From Amoebophrya sp. A120 (taxonomy: Eukaryota > Protista > Dinoflagellata): a DNA stretch of 64,000 nucleotides. The translations under genes were made by a program, and so were the position numbers. The stretch lies in assembly GCA_905178155.1 (NCBI GenBank), contig CAJINV010000009.1, positions 2,023,373 to 2,087,372 of the forward strand, given 5' to 3'. The notes beneath the pieces are model-generated. The model was not told where the DNA came from. It saw only the letters and a program-made list of their open reading frames with translations, and did no database searches. This document shows, piece after piece, positions 47,072 through 58,500 of the stretch. Position 1 is the first letter of the stretch, and each line of letters begins with the position of its first letter.

Positions 47072-49447
47072 TCAGCAACTCTGGTGCCGGAACAGATCTT
47101 GCACGAAGCGCACTCCCGGATGCTTGGCCGCTCGCTGGAAATCGCCAAGGTCCGAGATGCTGTGTTCCTTGGTCAGCACCGGCGTTTCAACGAATTTGTC
47201 TTCTAGCGTGGCCAGAAACTGCACCCCAGAGTGAAAAGTTTTCCAAGGGAATTTCGCCTTTGCCATTTTCTCCGCGGAGAGGTTTTTGTGCAGCCGGATC
47301 GCGTTTTTTATCAGGCGCTGGTGAAACACCTCGGTGCCAAACTCTTTGATCTTTTCCCCAAACGTAAAGTGCACTTCTTCCGCCTCCCACTTTGCGTAAG
47401 TGTAGAAGAGTTTAGCCTGCAGAAAGTAGCTCGCGCGGGCGATCTCGGCACTGTAGAAGTCGTTTTCCGCGCTCCGGTGGGTCTTCAGGATCTCAATGTA
47501 GGCTTGCACCTCCGCGGCCCGATCTTCCAAGTAGGTTTTTTGCGTTTGCAGTTCCTCGAAATCCTGCGTGAGCCTCGCGGTGCTGAAGTCCTCGATTTCA
47601 AATCTCGCCTCATACTCGCGCATGATATCGCGGAGAAGAGAGTTCTCTTCTGTTATCCGTGGCGCCGCAAAGCCTGAGCTGGTGGCGGTTATCCTCGGGA
47701 AGAGCTTTTCCAGCCCTTCGTAGAAAGCGTGATGCTTGGCGGGAGCGCCTTGTGGCGCTAGAGACCCGAGTGTCGTATTGCTGTTGGGCACAAGAGAGGA
47801 GAGCGTTGAAGTTGTAGAGGGCGTCGGCTCGGAATTTGCACGTTGACGAGACATCGTTGAAGAGGCTGACGCGCTGCTGCCGGCGGATGATATCGCTGCA
47901 TCGGCTGTGTCGACCAGAACCCGATTTGATCCTGACCCTGACGCAGACCGCTCCACCGAGGACGCTAGAGGGGTAGCTAAAGCGGTGGCTGCGGCTATAC
48001 TAGCTGCACCTCCTGGTGCAGTTGTCCTTTTGCCTTTCATGATACCTCTTTGGTAATCGTGCGCTATGTCCCAGCCGTCAGAGTCGAGGAGGCGAACCCC
48101 GAGGTGCACATTTAGTCGGAACAGGGTGTAATTCATCCGTTGCAAGCGCATCAGGTCTGCAGGCTTGACGTCGCCGCACTCAAAGAGAAAGTTCTTTACT
48201 CCGAGCTGCTTTTGCTCAACCGCCGTTAGGAAGCCGCGCAAAATCTCGGCGTCCTTCGGACTGTCTGTATCAATCTTAACTAGTGCCAGCGTTAGGGGCT
48301 CTTTGAATTTATCAGCTGTAGTTCTTGTGCCTGCGATGGAAGGATTTGCTGTAGGTCCACCTTGCGAAATTCCAATTCGTCGCGAAAGCCGTAGCCATCG
48401 CTGTACTTCTCCTTCAACACTAGAAGTAGCTTCTGAAGTCTTCGTCTTCTGCCGCTCGTCGTCCTGACCGGCCGCGTTGGGAAAAATTAATCTGTCCAGA
48501 TACCAGTTCTGGGTCACATTCGCGTCAGTCCTATGTCGATTCTCACGGCTCATGAAGAGGAATTGGTTCTCCCGGAGTCCGCAATACTCGTGCCCAGCCC
48601 GAAAAGGCCGCTCCCGCCAGTCGAGGCTCGGCACGGTGGTAGAATTTACGTGTGCCGTTTTCTCCGCATGTATCCGGAGCGCACTCATTGACATTTCTAC
48701 CTCCTGGTCTATCTCTATTGGAAGTTGTTCACTCTCGTCCTTTATCTCCACACCGACAGGCTTTCCTGCTGCGTCATTTTTTTCCCTCTCGACCAGCTGT
48801 GCCAGAACGGCAGAGGGCGACATATTTGCGAAGCCTTCCAGAACCTTGACGGCGTCCCGTCCCCACCGAGGGGCGTTCACAATCGCAGTACGGCGAAGCG
48901 CTTCCGCGAGAGCCTTTTGCGGCTCAAACGCGAGCACCTTGCTTCCCAGCGAGGCCGCCAAGCTCGTGAACATGCCCACGTTGCTGCCAATGTCAATGGT
49001 GATGCACGTCTCGCGCCAGGGATCCTGACAGTCCGGCAAAAGGACGGAGGCGAGGACTTCGCGCACATGCGGGTCGATCTCGAACTCCAGGCCCTGCGAC
49101 CAGGTTTTGCACCTGGTCGCGTGGAAAAACAGGTTGCAGGTGTTCGCAACCGTCTCCATCACCAGCCGACAGGGGGGGAACGGAAAGATCTTTGGGCAGG
49201 CGTAGGACAGGTCGTAGTATGGTGACTCCACATCGAACCCCAGGCGCGCGTCTTGTTCTTCCTGCTGCTTTCTGGTCTTCGTGGTCCCACCTAGCGAATC
49301 TCGTACTCCAGCACCGGCTACGCCAGCCCCTGCCATAACGGATCGCACAACGGCGTCCTGGAGGCTGAGGAGCAACAGAACAAAGAAACTTCCCAGGACG
49401 CACCCCCATCCTCCATGAAGGGCAAGAGCGGAAGATCCAACAGCCAT
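47072..49447 (-). CDS. FkbM-family SAM-dependent methyltransferase with N-terminal hydrophobic signal/anchor
   Basis: Motif IDIGSNVGMFTSLAASLGSKVLAFEPQ and downstream LVKIDTD. Hydrophobic N-terminus (VLGSFFVLLLLSL). Start placed at ATG 49447. Confidence 0.8.
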   Translation of the reverse strand: MAVGSSALALHGGWGCVLGSFFVLLLLSLQDAVVRSVMAGAGVAGAGVRDSLGGTTKTRKQQEEQDARLGFDVESPYYDLSYACPKIFPFPPCRLVMETVANTCNLFFHATRCKTWSQGLEFEIDPHVREVLASVLLPDCQDPWRETCITIDIGSNVGMFTSLAASLGSKVLAFEPQKALAEALRRTAIVNAPRWGRDAVKVLEGFANMSPSAVLAQLVEREKNDAAGKPVGVEIKDESEQLPIEIDQEVEMSMSALRIHAEKTAHVNSTTVPSLDWRERPFRAGHEYCGLRENQFLFMSRENRHRTDANVTQNWYLDRLIFPNAAGQDDERQKTKTSEATSSVEGEVQRWLRLSRRIGISQGGPTANPSIAGTRTTADKFKEPLTLALVKIDTDSPKDAEILRGFLTAVEQKQLGVKNFLFECGDVKPADLMRLQRMNYTLFRLNVHLGVRLLDSDGWDIAHDYQRGIMKGKRTTAPGGAASIAAATALATPLASSVERSASGSGSNRVLVDTADAAISSAGSSASASSTMSRQRANSEPTPSTTSTLSSLVPNSNTTLGSLAPQGAPAKHHAFYEGLEKLFPRITATSSGFAAPRITEENSLLRDIMREYEARFEIEDFSTARLTQDFEELQTQKTYLEDRAAEVQAYIEILKTHRSAENDFYSAEIARASYFLQAKLFYTYAKWEAEEVHFTFGEKIKEFGTEVFHQRLIKNAIRLHKNLSAEKMAKAKFPWKTFHSGVQFLATLEDKFVETPVLTKEHSISDLGDFQRAAKHPGVRFVQDLFRHQSC

Positions 49448-49841
49448 GCTGGACTGGTTGTAGTCAAGGTGAGCTGAAAGAAAGTGGTGCACAGCGCACT
49501 TGTAGCATCATCAACCGATTGCGATTCGGCATCCAGGACGAGGAAGTTGCACTTGCACACCTTCTTTCACATAGGAATCGCACGGCCGCACACAAGATTG
49601 ATCACCGACCGAAGACAGAGATCAGGTCAACAAGCATTTGAATTAGATTACTTGAATTCAGGCCGAGCATGTGAAGATGAAGTACGCGACGAACACAAAA
49701 TGAATTAAAAGCACAAATCGTACTCCTCCAGCTTGCTTGATCACCATCTTCATCTCTGTTCTTCTTCTTGTTTTTTGTTCTTGTCCGGCTTGAACTTGAT
49801 CCACTACAATTAACAGCAACGGTGCGGTTGCCCGCGTCTTG

Positions 49842-52800
49842 CTAGTTAAACAAGTTGTGGTGCGCCTTGTTCTTTTTTCCGCGCTCTTCTTCCCAAGCAA
49901 TTTCGGCCAGAGCCTGAGCCAAAAATGGATTCGTCGACTTTTGATTTCTGTTTCGTTCGTGATCGCGGCTCGCATTTCGTCCCATAACAAAGGCTTCCTG
50001 CAAAGTGTCCTGCAATTCCGCATCGCGAGGAGCGCCGAGTGGCCCTGTTCCTTGTAGTTTCGGAGGCATCCTACTCGTCCGCGGCGACGACTGCAGTAAA
50101 TGAGGATCCTGCCCCTGCAACCTCGACCTGCTACTCAGCGATCCCGCTGGTGACATCACCTGCAGGGGACTTAGTTCGGGGCTACCTGGCATGTTTTTCA
50201 ACTTCGTGTGTCGCCAGGCTTCGCGGCTATCTTCAACGCCATCGTGATCTTCATCGTTTTCATGAGGAAACAAAATCCTTGCATCTCCATCATGCGGCTT
50301 AGCTGCTTTCCGGCTCCGGGTTTTATTTGTCATTATCGCAACGAAGTCTGTTTCTTCTTCGATTTGCTTCTGCAACAGCAATGCAGAAGCGCGTTGACGG
50401 TCCGCCAGTTGCTCAGTTGCAGCGTAAAATTCGGCGGTCGCTTCTTCAAGAGACGTCGTTGCGTGCATCTGCTCACGCTCGCGCATCCGTTGCATGTTCG
50501 CGAGTGCCTGCGCTTCGTGTGCCATCTGCATCTCAGTGTGGAGACTGTGCCCTGCGCGAACCTCCCGTACTGGCATCGAGGAGATGCGTAAAGGTTTCTT
50601 TTGCTGTCTACCCCGGTGCGCAAGCGGGTTCACGTCGAGGGTCGTCGCGAGGCGCGCAACTGCAGGATCCACCGCTTGACTCAACGCAAACGCGGCGTAT
50701 GTGTCATCTACTTCCACTGGCTGCACTGTAGTCGTATTGGTCCCACCATGACGAATTGACGGAACCCGTCCACTTAACAAATCACCCTCGACATCCGCCG
50801 ACACCTCGACCGAGCTACTTTCAACCAGCGTAAGAAACAAATCCCGTGCATTCTGTCGTTGGCTAGCAGCTAGCTCAGCGTGCTGGCGACTGCGTGCAAT
50901 TGCTTGCGGGTGTCGGAAAGCACTAGCGGCATTAGCCTTCCTACGATGAGCACCCGTTGCGCTGGATGTGATGAATCTGTGTCGATCTCGTGCACTGTCG
51001 ACCACACTGCTGCTCATAATTGCGTCTCCTGCTGCGCGAGAGGACCGAGAGTGGTCTAGTTGGTTGCGGTGCTCCACCTTACCCTCATCATGTCTTACTC
51101 GGGGACGACGGGAGGACACAGCCTCTGCTCCCGAGGGTGTTGACGTGTGAAGACCACGACGTCGATTTTCTTCACTTGCAGTTTCGTTTTCCAGCATTCT
51201 TGCGGACACGCGCAGACTGCCGTCCACGAAATTCCGGAGGTTCTCGGTTAGGTGTGTGTAATCCCGGCGGAGCGTCAGGAAATCCGACTTGATCGGAGGG
51301 TTGTTGAGCAACCCACTCTTCATAGGCATCGGCTGAAGCATATCCACAGTAAATTTCCCGTACACCTACACGTACAAATGGAAATGATGTGGCTTCTGCT
51401 TTACAAAACTTGCCTTCAATCCTCGTGCAGCATGACAAGCTGGGCTCTGCAAGGTAGCGAAATTTGTCATGCATTTTGTACATGTACAGGAAATTTGCCT
51501 TGCATAAAGCAACGAGGTCTGCTCTTGCTCGAGCTCGTGCGACGCCGGAATGTACGACACGAGTTTTACTGTGCGCTGTTTCGGTGCGTGCGCGTACCTC
51601 ACATCCCCTTCGTCGGGCAATTCGACTGCTGCAGGTTTCATCTCTGTATCAGCATCCTCCTGCAGCATGTGTTCGTCCTCGTCCTCGTCGGTTCTGTCAT
51701 CCTGCTTCTCCTGTTGCAACACGGTTTTCAGCCGAAGCTCGCCGTTGCTGGCGTTCCTGTTTTTTTCCCCCTCGTCCGACGCACCGGTGGTGCCTGCTCC
51801 TAGTATCTGATTGCGTAGCAGTCCGTAATTCTCTTCAGCGAACATACCAGATGATTTGTTCTGATTTTCTTTGACTTGCAGAGTGTTCCCTACTGGCGAG
51901 CGCGGACTGTCTTCCTCCTCCTCCTCCTCTTCGAGCAAGTCAAAGTCTTCGTCTTGTTCGGCTGGTGAATAAAGTAAAACTTCTGCGCCGATAGCCGGAT
52001 CATCCCTGACGGTTCTTTCCTCGGTTGCGAACATAAAGTTGAAGCGCTGCTGGTGTTCGAGCAACTGCTGCTTTCGTGGTGGCTCGCGCTCGACCATCAC
52101 CACGGGGGGATCTCGCAGTGCGCGTCGGGATGTGGATGATCCGCCAGGGGCGGGGGAGGAGTTGGAGTTTCGACTCCAATCCACAACTTCCGGGTCTTCG
52201 TGTCCTTGTCCATTTCGAGAGAAATTACTTTCAAGAACCTGAACCTCGTTGTGTTCATCTTTCAAGAAGCCCTTTCGGCTTTGTTCTACAAGACAAGAAC
52301 TGGCTTTATTTACAGCGTCCTCGTCCTCGTCCTCATCTCTGTCCCTGTGCGGAATGTCGTCGTCCGTATCCCGAGGGCCTGTCGCACCATCCGTCTCGTC
52401 TTGACAGGAGAGAGGCCCGCTCTTTTGCAACAGGTTCTCGCTGGTGAACCTCAACCCCTGTTCTCCCAACTTTTGGTTTTGCTTACTGCGTAAGGGTGGT
52501 ATTCTGAACAAGGGCACTGTGTTTGCCTCAAGCTCATGGTCACCAGGATCATGCTTATCCGACACTGTTGTACTTGTACCACCCAGTCCCAAAACATCAA
52601 GATTCTGTGTTTGCCGCTCAAGTTCCGATGCTGGTGCAAAGCGAAAATCAGAAAATTCGACGTCTGAAGAATTTTGATAATATGGATTTGTCCTTGTCGT
52701 TTTCGGCCTCTCATCTGCTTGGTACAATCTGTCCGGTCCATCCTCAACGCGCGGACCTGCTGTAGGGGTCGGAGCCAAATGCCGTCCTTCATCTCCGCGC

Positions 52801-53132
52801 AACGAAGAGCCATCCTCGGTCTTATCTCGAGACAGAAACTCCGCACCAACAGCTACTTCACTGGACGCGCCGCTGAGCGACTGCTCATGGTCCTCATCGT
52901 CTTCTTCCTCAGAAGTAGGCGAGGACTCTTGCAAAGACCAATCCGGAAACTCATCGGCCTCCTCTTCCGGTCCGCCGATGGTACCTCCATGAAGATTTTC
53001 GGCAGAGCTACTGCTCTCCCCGGCATGATGCTGCTGATTCTTTTGCTTTTCGTTCCCCTGCAAGTAATCCTCCACGCTTTCGGGTGAAGAAAAACCTTCA
53101 TCAGAGAAAAGCAAACCACGCCGGCCAGTCAT
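49842..53132 (-). CDS. Acidic low-complexity hypothetical protein, probably 2 exons (acceptor at 51366, donor uncertain)
   Basis: Abutting in-frame ORFs 51366-53132 and 49842-51365 separated by a TAG that resembles an acceptor. Several phase-0 donors are possible (GTAAAA, GTGTCG, or GCAAGG at 51503). Confidence 0.55.
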
Positions 53133-53732
53133 ACTATCAGTTTCATCTTTTTCTCTTGCTCCACCTTACTACCAGGGACGAGTGTTTAAAAACCACGAAC
53201 AAAGTGAAGTTCTTTCATCTTGTTGTGTCATATTGCGACGTTAGTTGAAAAAAACCTCCGTCTACTACGTACATCGTACTAGATCTAGACCTTCATATAG
53301 CTTGCTCGTACTTCTCGAATATAATCAAAGTGTAGGGCCGTCGGCTCTAGAGCTGGCGGCTAGTAGCGGGACTCGGAGCGATACTAACCGCGATGTTGCG
53401 ATACCTGGAATCAAAAATACCTACCCCGCACGACCCGAAGATCCGACTCGATACGATAACGATGAGCGGAGTAGATTACGCGAAAATGTACTTCTAGCTA
53501 CGAATGAAGAAACACGATGTTCAACACATTCAAAGGTGACAGCTTGGAGCCTTGCGCTTGCCCTGCCGACTGATGCTTTGGATGCATTTCCGATTCCCTG
53601 AAGACATCTTCAGAGACAGACGGGCTACAAGAAGTCGCATACTTTTATTGACTGCCAGGAAGGATTCTTGTTCAAGTCCATATTTATTTTATTTGTGTTG
53701 TCGCTGCGCGATCACAACCTACTAAGAGGTAG

Positions 53733-54422
53733 TCACGACGCCAAAAAAACGTCCATTATTGCCTTCGCAACGTCGTTTCCCGTGGTCCGGCCTCCGAGAG
53801 CAATTGCCTTCGTGTTCATCTTTTCACGCGCGTATTTTGCAGTAGTTACATCGTGAACTAGGCAACAATCCTGGCCCATAACCTTATTCGCTGCGATTGA
53901 AATGCCTATACCTGAGCCGCAGACAAATACCGCCAGGGTGCCGCCAGAGGAGCCGGTAACGGAGCACTCTTTTGCAACCTAAAAGCGTTATGGAAGATAT
54001 CCTTTTATTTTTCACTTTGGTCGTGTCTCGGTGCAGTTACGCGACACCGTGAGCAAGATGCACGACGTTCATCAAGCTCGAGAACGAGGAAAAAACTATC
54101 ACGTCAGAGATGAATATCTGGTTACTACTTCTTCCATAATAAACTGACGCTGGTGCTGAGTTATGGTCTCAGTAGTACTGATGACAGAAAACTCATATAC
54201 GTGCACCTGCTGCGCAACGTCCGGGTAGTCACATCGGTCTTCTGAGTAGCACCCCACATCCTTGACCTCTACAGACCCATTTGTCCTGGCGTTGATGTGC
54301 TCTCTCAGAAGCTCCTTCATTCCGAACCCGCCATGGTCCGACCCAATCACCACTCTCTGGAAACCCGGCATCGTGTTGTCCTGCTTAGAAAGTGCGGCCG
54401 TAGGGGCGGCGGTGGCGGGCAT
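53733..54422 (-). CDS. rpiB: RpiB/LacAB-family sugar-phosphate isomerase (divergent), exons 54422-54207 and 53978-53733
   Basis: Exon 1 has GSDHGG and DYPD. Exon 2, translated by hand, reads VAKECSVTGSSGGTLAVFVCGSGIGISIAANKVMGQDCCLVHDVTTAKYAREKMNTKAIALGGRTTGNDVAKAIMDVFLAS*. GT-AG intron 53979-54206. Confidence 0.9.
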
Positions 54423-55599
54423 CTATGATGTTCTTGGAACAACGGTTCTTAGCCTGTTCGTCGAGGCTCCGACACCACAGAACTTCTAGCCTTTTTGTTC
54501 TATTTGTATTTCTTATGTAGTTTGCTCGTCGTTGGTAATCTTCATGCCATTTACTATTTCTTGTGTTTGGCTTACCCTTACGCTAGCACCAAAATCTTTT
54601 CACTTGTTTACCGAACCCACCGAATATTCCTTTATTTCGTTGTATTACTAGTATTTTTTCATGGTGAGCGTGAGACTCACTGCAGGATCGGGAAGATGAA
54701 TCCGGCTCGAATCGCTTGAAGAAGCAAACATGAAAAATAGAAGTGGAAGATCAGCTCCTGCAAGTGCATCAGCCAACATTTTGTATTTCATCCCAGTGTG
54801 ACCGTGATCTTCGAATACGAAAAGGAAAAATGTAAAATGACGCACGGTCTTGTGCTCTGTCTTCATCTACTTATTTATGATCTATCATGTTATACAAAAA
54901 AATCATCCAGAAGAGGCTGATGTGAATGATGATCATTTCTGTTGTTTTTCGTCATGCAAGGAAAAAAGGACTCCAAGAAAACTTCGCAAACCGCGACGCA
55001 AGCGAGCACCATATGACATCAAGAAGAGAAGACGAAGCTCGCTGCTGCGATTTTTCATCATGGTGTCAACTTCATGTCGGGTTGGAAAGCTGATCCGTAT
55101 CTACGTTGTACCGCTGCAAAGCCAACCTATGCAACTTAGCTCATTGAATTTCTATTTCGTTGTGTGAGAAAATCGTTTCATCGGTTTTTCTTGTACAGTA
55201 GGTTGACATAGATGAAAACCGTAATTGGGATGAATAGCCTTAACATCTTTGTCGTTCACAGTCTTAGGTACATGTTGGTTCTGCTAGAAGTAGTGCGTAA
55301 GTAAGTAGCTTCAGATGCTTATGCTTCACTTGCCATCTCTCGATGTAAATAGGCTCTGCAGTTTCAGTTCTGTGCGTACATGGTCACAAGAAGAACTTTG
55401 CGCGCCCTCAAACACGAAACGCGCGTGCCGTTCGTCATCGTCAGCATGCCAATCGTAATTGTCGGAATCTCAAGTTGTTAAACTCAAGAAGGAAGTATGT
55501 CAGAAGTACTTTACTTTGCATTGAATCAACGGCACAAATCTGATTGCTGTACACGTAGTAGAATCCAAATCCCAGCGTATTGGTCTTCTGTGTCTGTCT

Positions 55600-58500
55600 T
55601 CAGTCCACCTGATTATCCTCCTCGTTTTCTTCAACGATTTGCATACTGGACCTTCGGCTGCTGATGCGCTCCTCTATTTCGTCGATTGACAGGCTGGTAT
55701 TGTTTGCCGTGGCTGCGCCAGAAATCGTCACGGGCGGGGGAGGATGGTGCACTAGCACTTGCTCTTCTTGGTCGTTACTATGACCCCCTCCTCGTGTCGT
55801 GCTCGTGTTTCCAAAGACGGTTGGTGGATGTTGTAGGGGAGGGACTGCGTTGAGGTGTACTTCAGCTCCGCTGCGGTTGCTGTACAAAAACTCAGCTGTG
55901 GACTCGGCCGCCAACCAAGAGAGGAGGTGCTGCTGCTGCTGCTCCCACTCCGGGGTCAGTAGGAAGTGCTGCTCTACTGATTTTGCTCCTGTTGCGGTTG
56001 AGTCAGCAATGTCGATCGTGTCTGCGGTGGGGAAGTAAGACACGGAAGGCTGCAGTGCCGCGGGTGCTTGTGGACGCACGTGCATCGCTGCTTCTGCAGC
56101 GATTTTTGGTTTTGGTAGGTTCGGAGCCAGAAACGGACTTCTACTGCGTCCACCAGATGAGGGAATCGTCTTTTCCGACGGGGGTGCTGGTCCAGCGGCC
56201 AACTGCCGATAGCTGCGCGCCGTGTCGGCTGGCCTTGTTGATGCTTGCTCTCCGTTATATCGACGGCCGGCTTGGACTTTTTGCCACGGCGAAGAGAAGA
56301 TCTCCAACATGTGTTCCAACGTGCGATCACGCGTTTTTCGAGCGGATCCAGGCGCACTGGCGCAACGAAAAGGAGAACAAGCTCTACCGCTGGTCTTTGG
56401 AGTTCCTGTTCCCTGCTGCGACCTGGTATTGATGTTCTGCTTGTGCTGTCTGTCGCTTACGCTTGCCCCTCCCCGCCCATCAAGAACAACACCAGCAGCA
56501 GCTGCTGACGTCTTACTCGCGACATTTCTCGGCCTCCGCGGCGTCCGTTGAATCGGGGTGGCAAACCGAGGGACATTCAGCTGATCCGTCGACAGCTCGC
56601 GCTGCGGTCTGACACTCGGAGAGGCGGGCTGAGAGCCGGCACGACGCGGGGTGAAAGACGAACTCGCAACACTTCTGCTTTTCTGCAGCTGTCTGGCGCT
56701 TGGACTTTTGCCCCCTCTTACTGGTATCGGTACTTGATCCAGTGGTCGCATTCGTTTCGCGGTCGGATTTTTACCGAGAAGAACTTCCTTAATTTGGTGC
56801 AGCAGCTTCACAGGGGAAAGATCCTCGGGATTTTTTGTTTCCTTTTTCGTCTTTTCCAGCGACTTGGGCTTCGCTCGTTGTCGTTCGTGTTCCTCGAATG
56901 CTGCAGACGGTCCTAATTCTTCAGCAGTTTTGCTTCTCTGTTCGACGTCCTGTTCTTTCGCTCCGACGAGTTTTCTTGGTGCCGCAAGAGAACTCGCACT
57001 AGCACCTCCTACTCCAGGTGGCTTCTTGTTCGCGGTTTTTGTCGAGGAGGCCGATTCTCTTTCTGCCTTGTTCTTCGAAATGGTGCTCAAGTTTTTTGTT
57101 GACAACGAAACAGTTGCGATACTGTCCAGGGTTCGCGACGATTTCGCAGAGAAGAAGGCCAGCGACGGGCTGGCGCTCGATAGAGGCATCGGGATTTCTT
57201 CGTCTCCAGCTGGGGCCGCCGAAGTCGATTCTGTGGAAGATTTTGCGACAAACTCGGGTCGCCGCAACGCGGTCCTGGGCGAGGAAGAGGGTGGAGGTGA
57301 CGAGGGCGTAGCGAGGTTAATGCGACACGCATACGCTTTGTTGCTAGTGGTTGACGTAACGACACTGGTCGTGGTGTGGGAAGCCGTGCTGTTACCACGA
57401 GCAGGCGGGGCACGGTTGTCTAGTACCTCGTGCGTACCACTTTCTTTGTCTTTCACACGACTGCCGCCTCTGCCACCCACACCCTCACCGGAAATCGCGA
57501 CTAGCTGGTCATGGTAAATTTTTCGTGCGTGGTCCCCGCGCGGAGTTGCCACGCGCCTGGAAGCGGACGAGTCCCGAGTCTTGAAAACGGTGGCGGACGA
57601 CGCAGAAGCTGCAGAGGACCAGGCCGGCGCAGACGTGACCGTAGTGGTCAAGCTGCTCGAAGATGCAATCTGACCGGACGTCAAAGTTGCAGTGCTGCTC
57701 ATCGCGTTGCCTCGCGGGGACGACACTGCTGAAACAAACTGCACGCGAGGGGAATCGATCTTCATTTTCTGCACTCTTGCCTGTGTTGCCCCCGGCGCTG
57801 GACTGCCCGCTGTGTGCTGGTGCGTCTTGGGTGGACCGGCCGCACCAGCGACCCCGCCGACCCTAAGCGACGTAGAGCCTGGGTGAATTTTTTGCTCCTG
57901 CTGACTGACGCTTTTTATCTTTAGCGATGCAGTACTCAGACTCGTCACACCCGTACTCCTCGGCTCCGGAGAGAAGTTGAAATCCTCCTTAGTTCGCCCC
58001 GGCCTGGATGACTGTTGTATTCTGGAGCTTGGAGGTGTTGATGCAGCTCCCGACACACTGGCACTGTTTCCGCTTCGCTTATTTTCCAGAGGCAACATTG
58101 GCGAGACCGTGGCGGTGTCTGCCCACCTTCGCTCGGCCTTCTCCAGAAGTCTTTGATTTGCCTTCTGCCTCTCCCGGACGTGGTCGACAAAAACGTCCGG
58201 GCGAAAGGTGCAGCCATTCGTTTCCGCGAGCGCGCGCTCCGCTAACCAGTTGCACCGCCGAAACTCTTTTTGGTCCATCGCCGCCTTACCTCGAGCGTAC
58301 AAGCAAGTTCCATTCTGGATCCGCATCTCCAAAAGCTGTTTCTTTCTCTTCATCTGTAAGGCCGCGGCTGCTGTTGTGTGCAGGGTGTGATGATCTTCTG
58401 CACGAGGTCCTGCAGCGTTGCCGTTGGGAGACGGCGACGGGGAGCCGGATCTCGAGGAGGTCGAAGCTCCTGGTGGTGGACAAGAAGAGTGTACCTGACG

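Noticed and set aside
49914-49928. Resemblance to the dinoflagellate spliced leader (minus strand CCATTTTTGGCTCAG)
   Set aside because: Partial match with an extra T and no CCGTAG 5' part. It lies inside coding sequence (PFLAQ), not upstream of a start, so chance is likely.
51366-51368. Stop-codon readthrough between in-frame ORFs 51366-53132 and 49842-51365
   Set aside because: The TAG is more simply a splice acceptor; the preceding sequence looks intronic and phase-0 donors are available.
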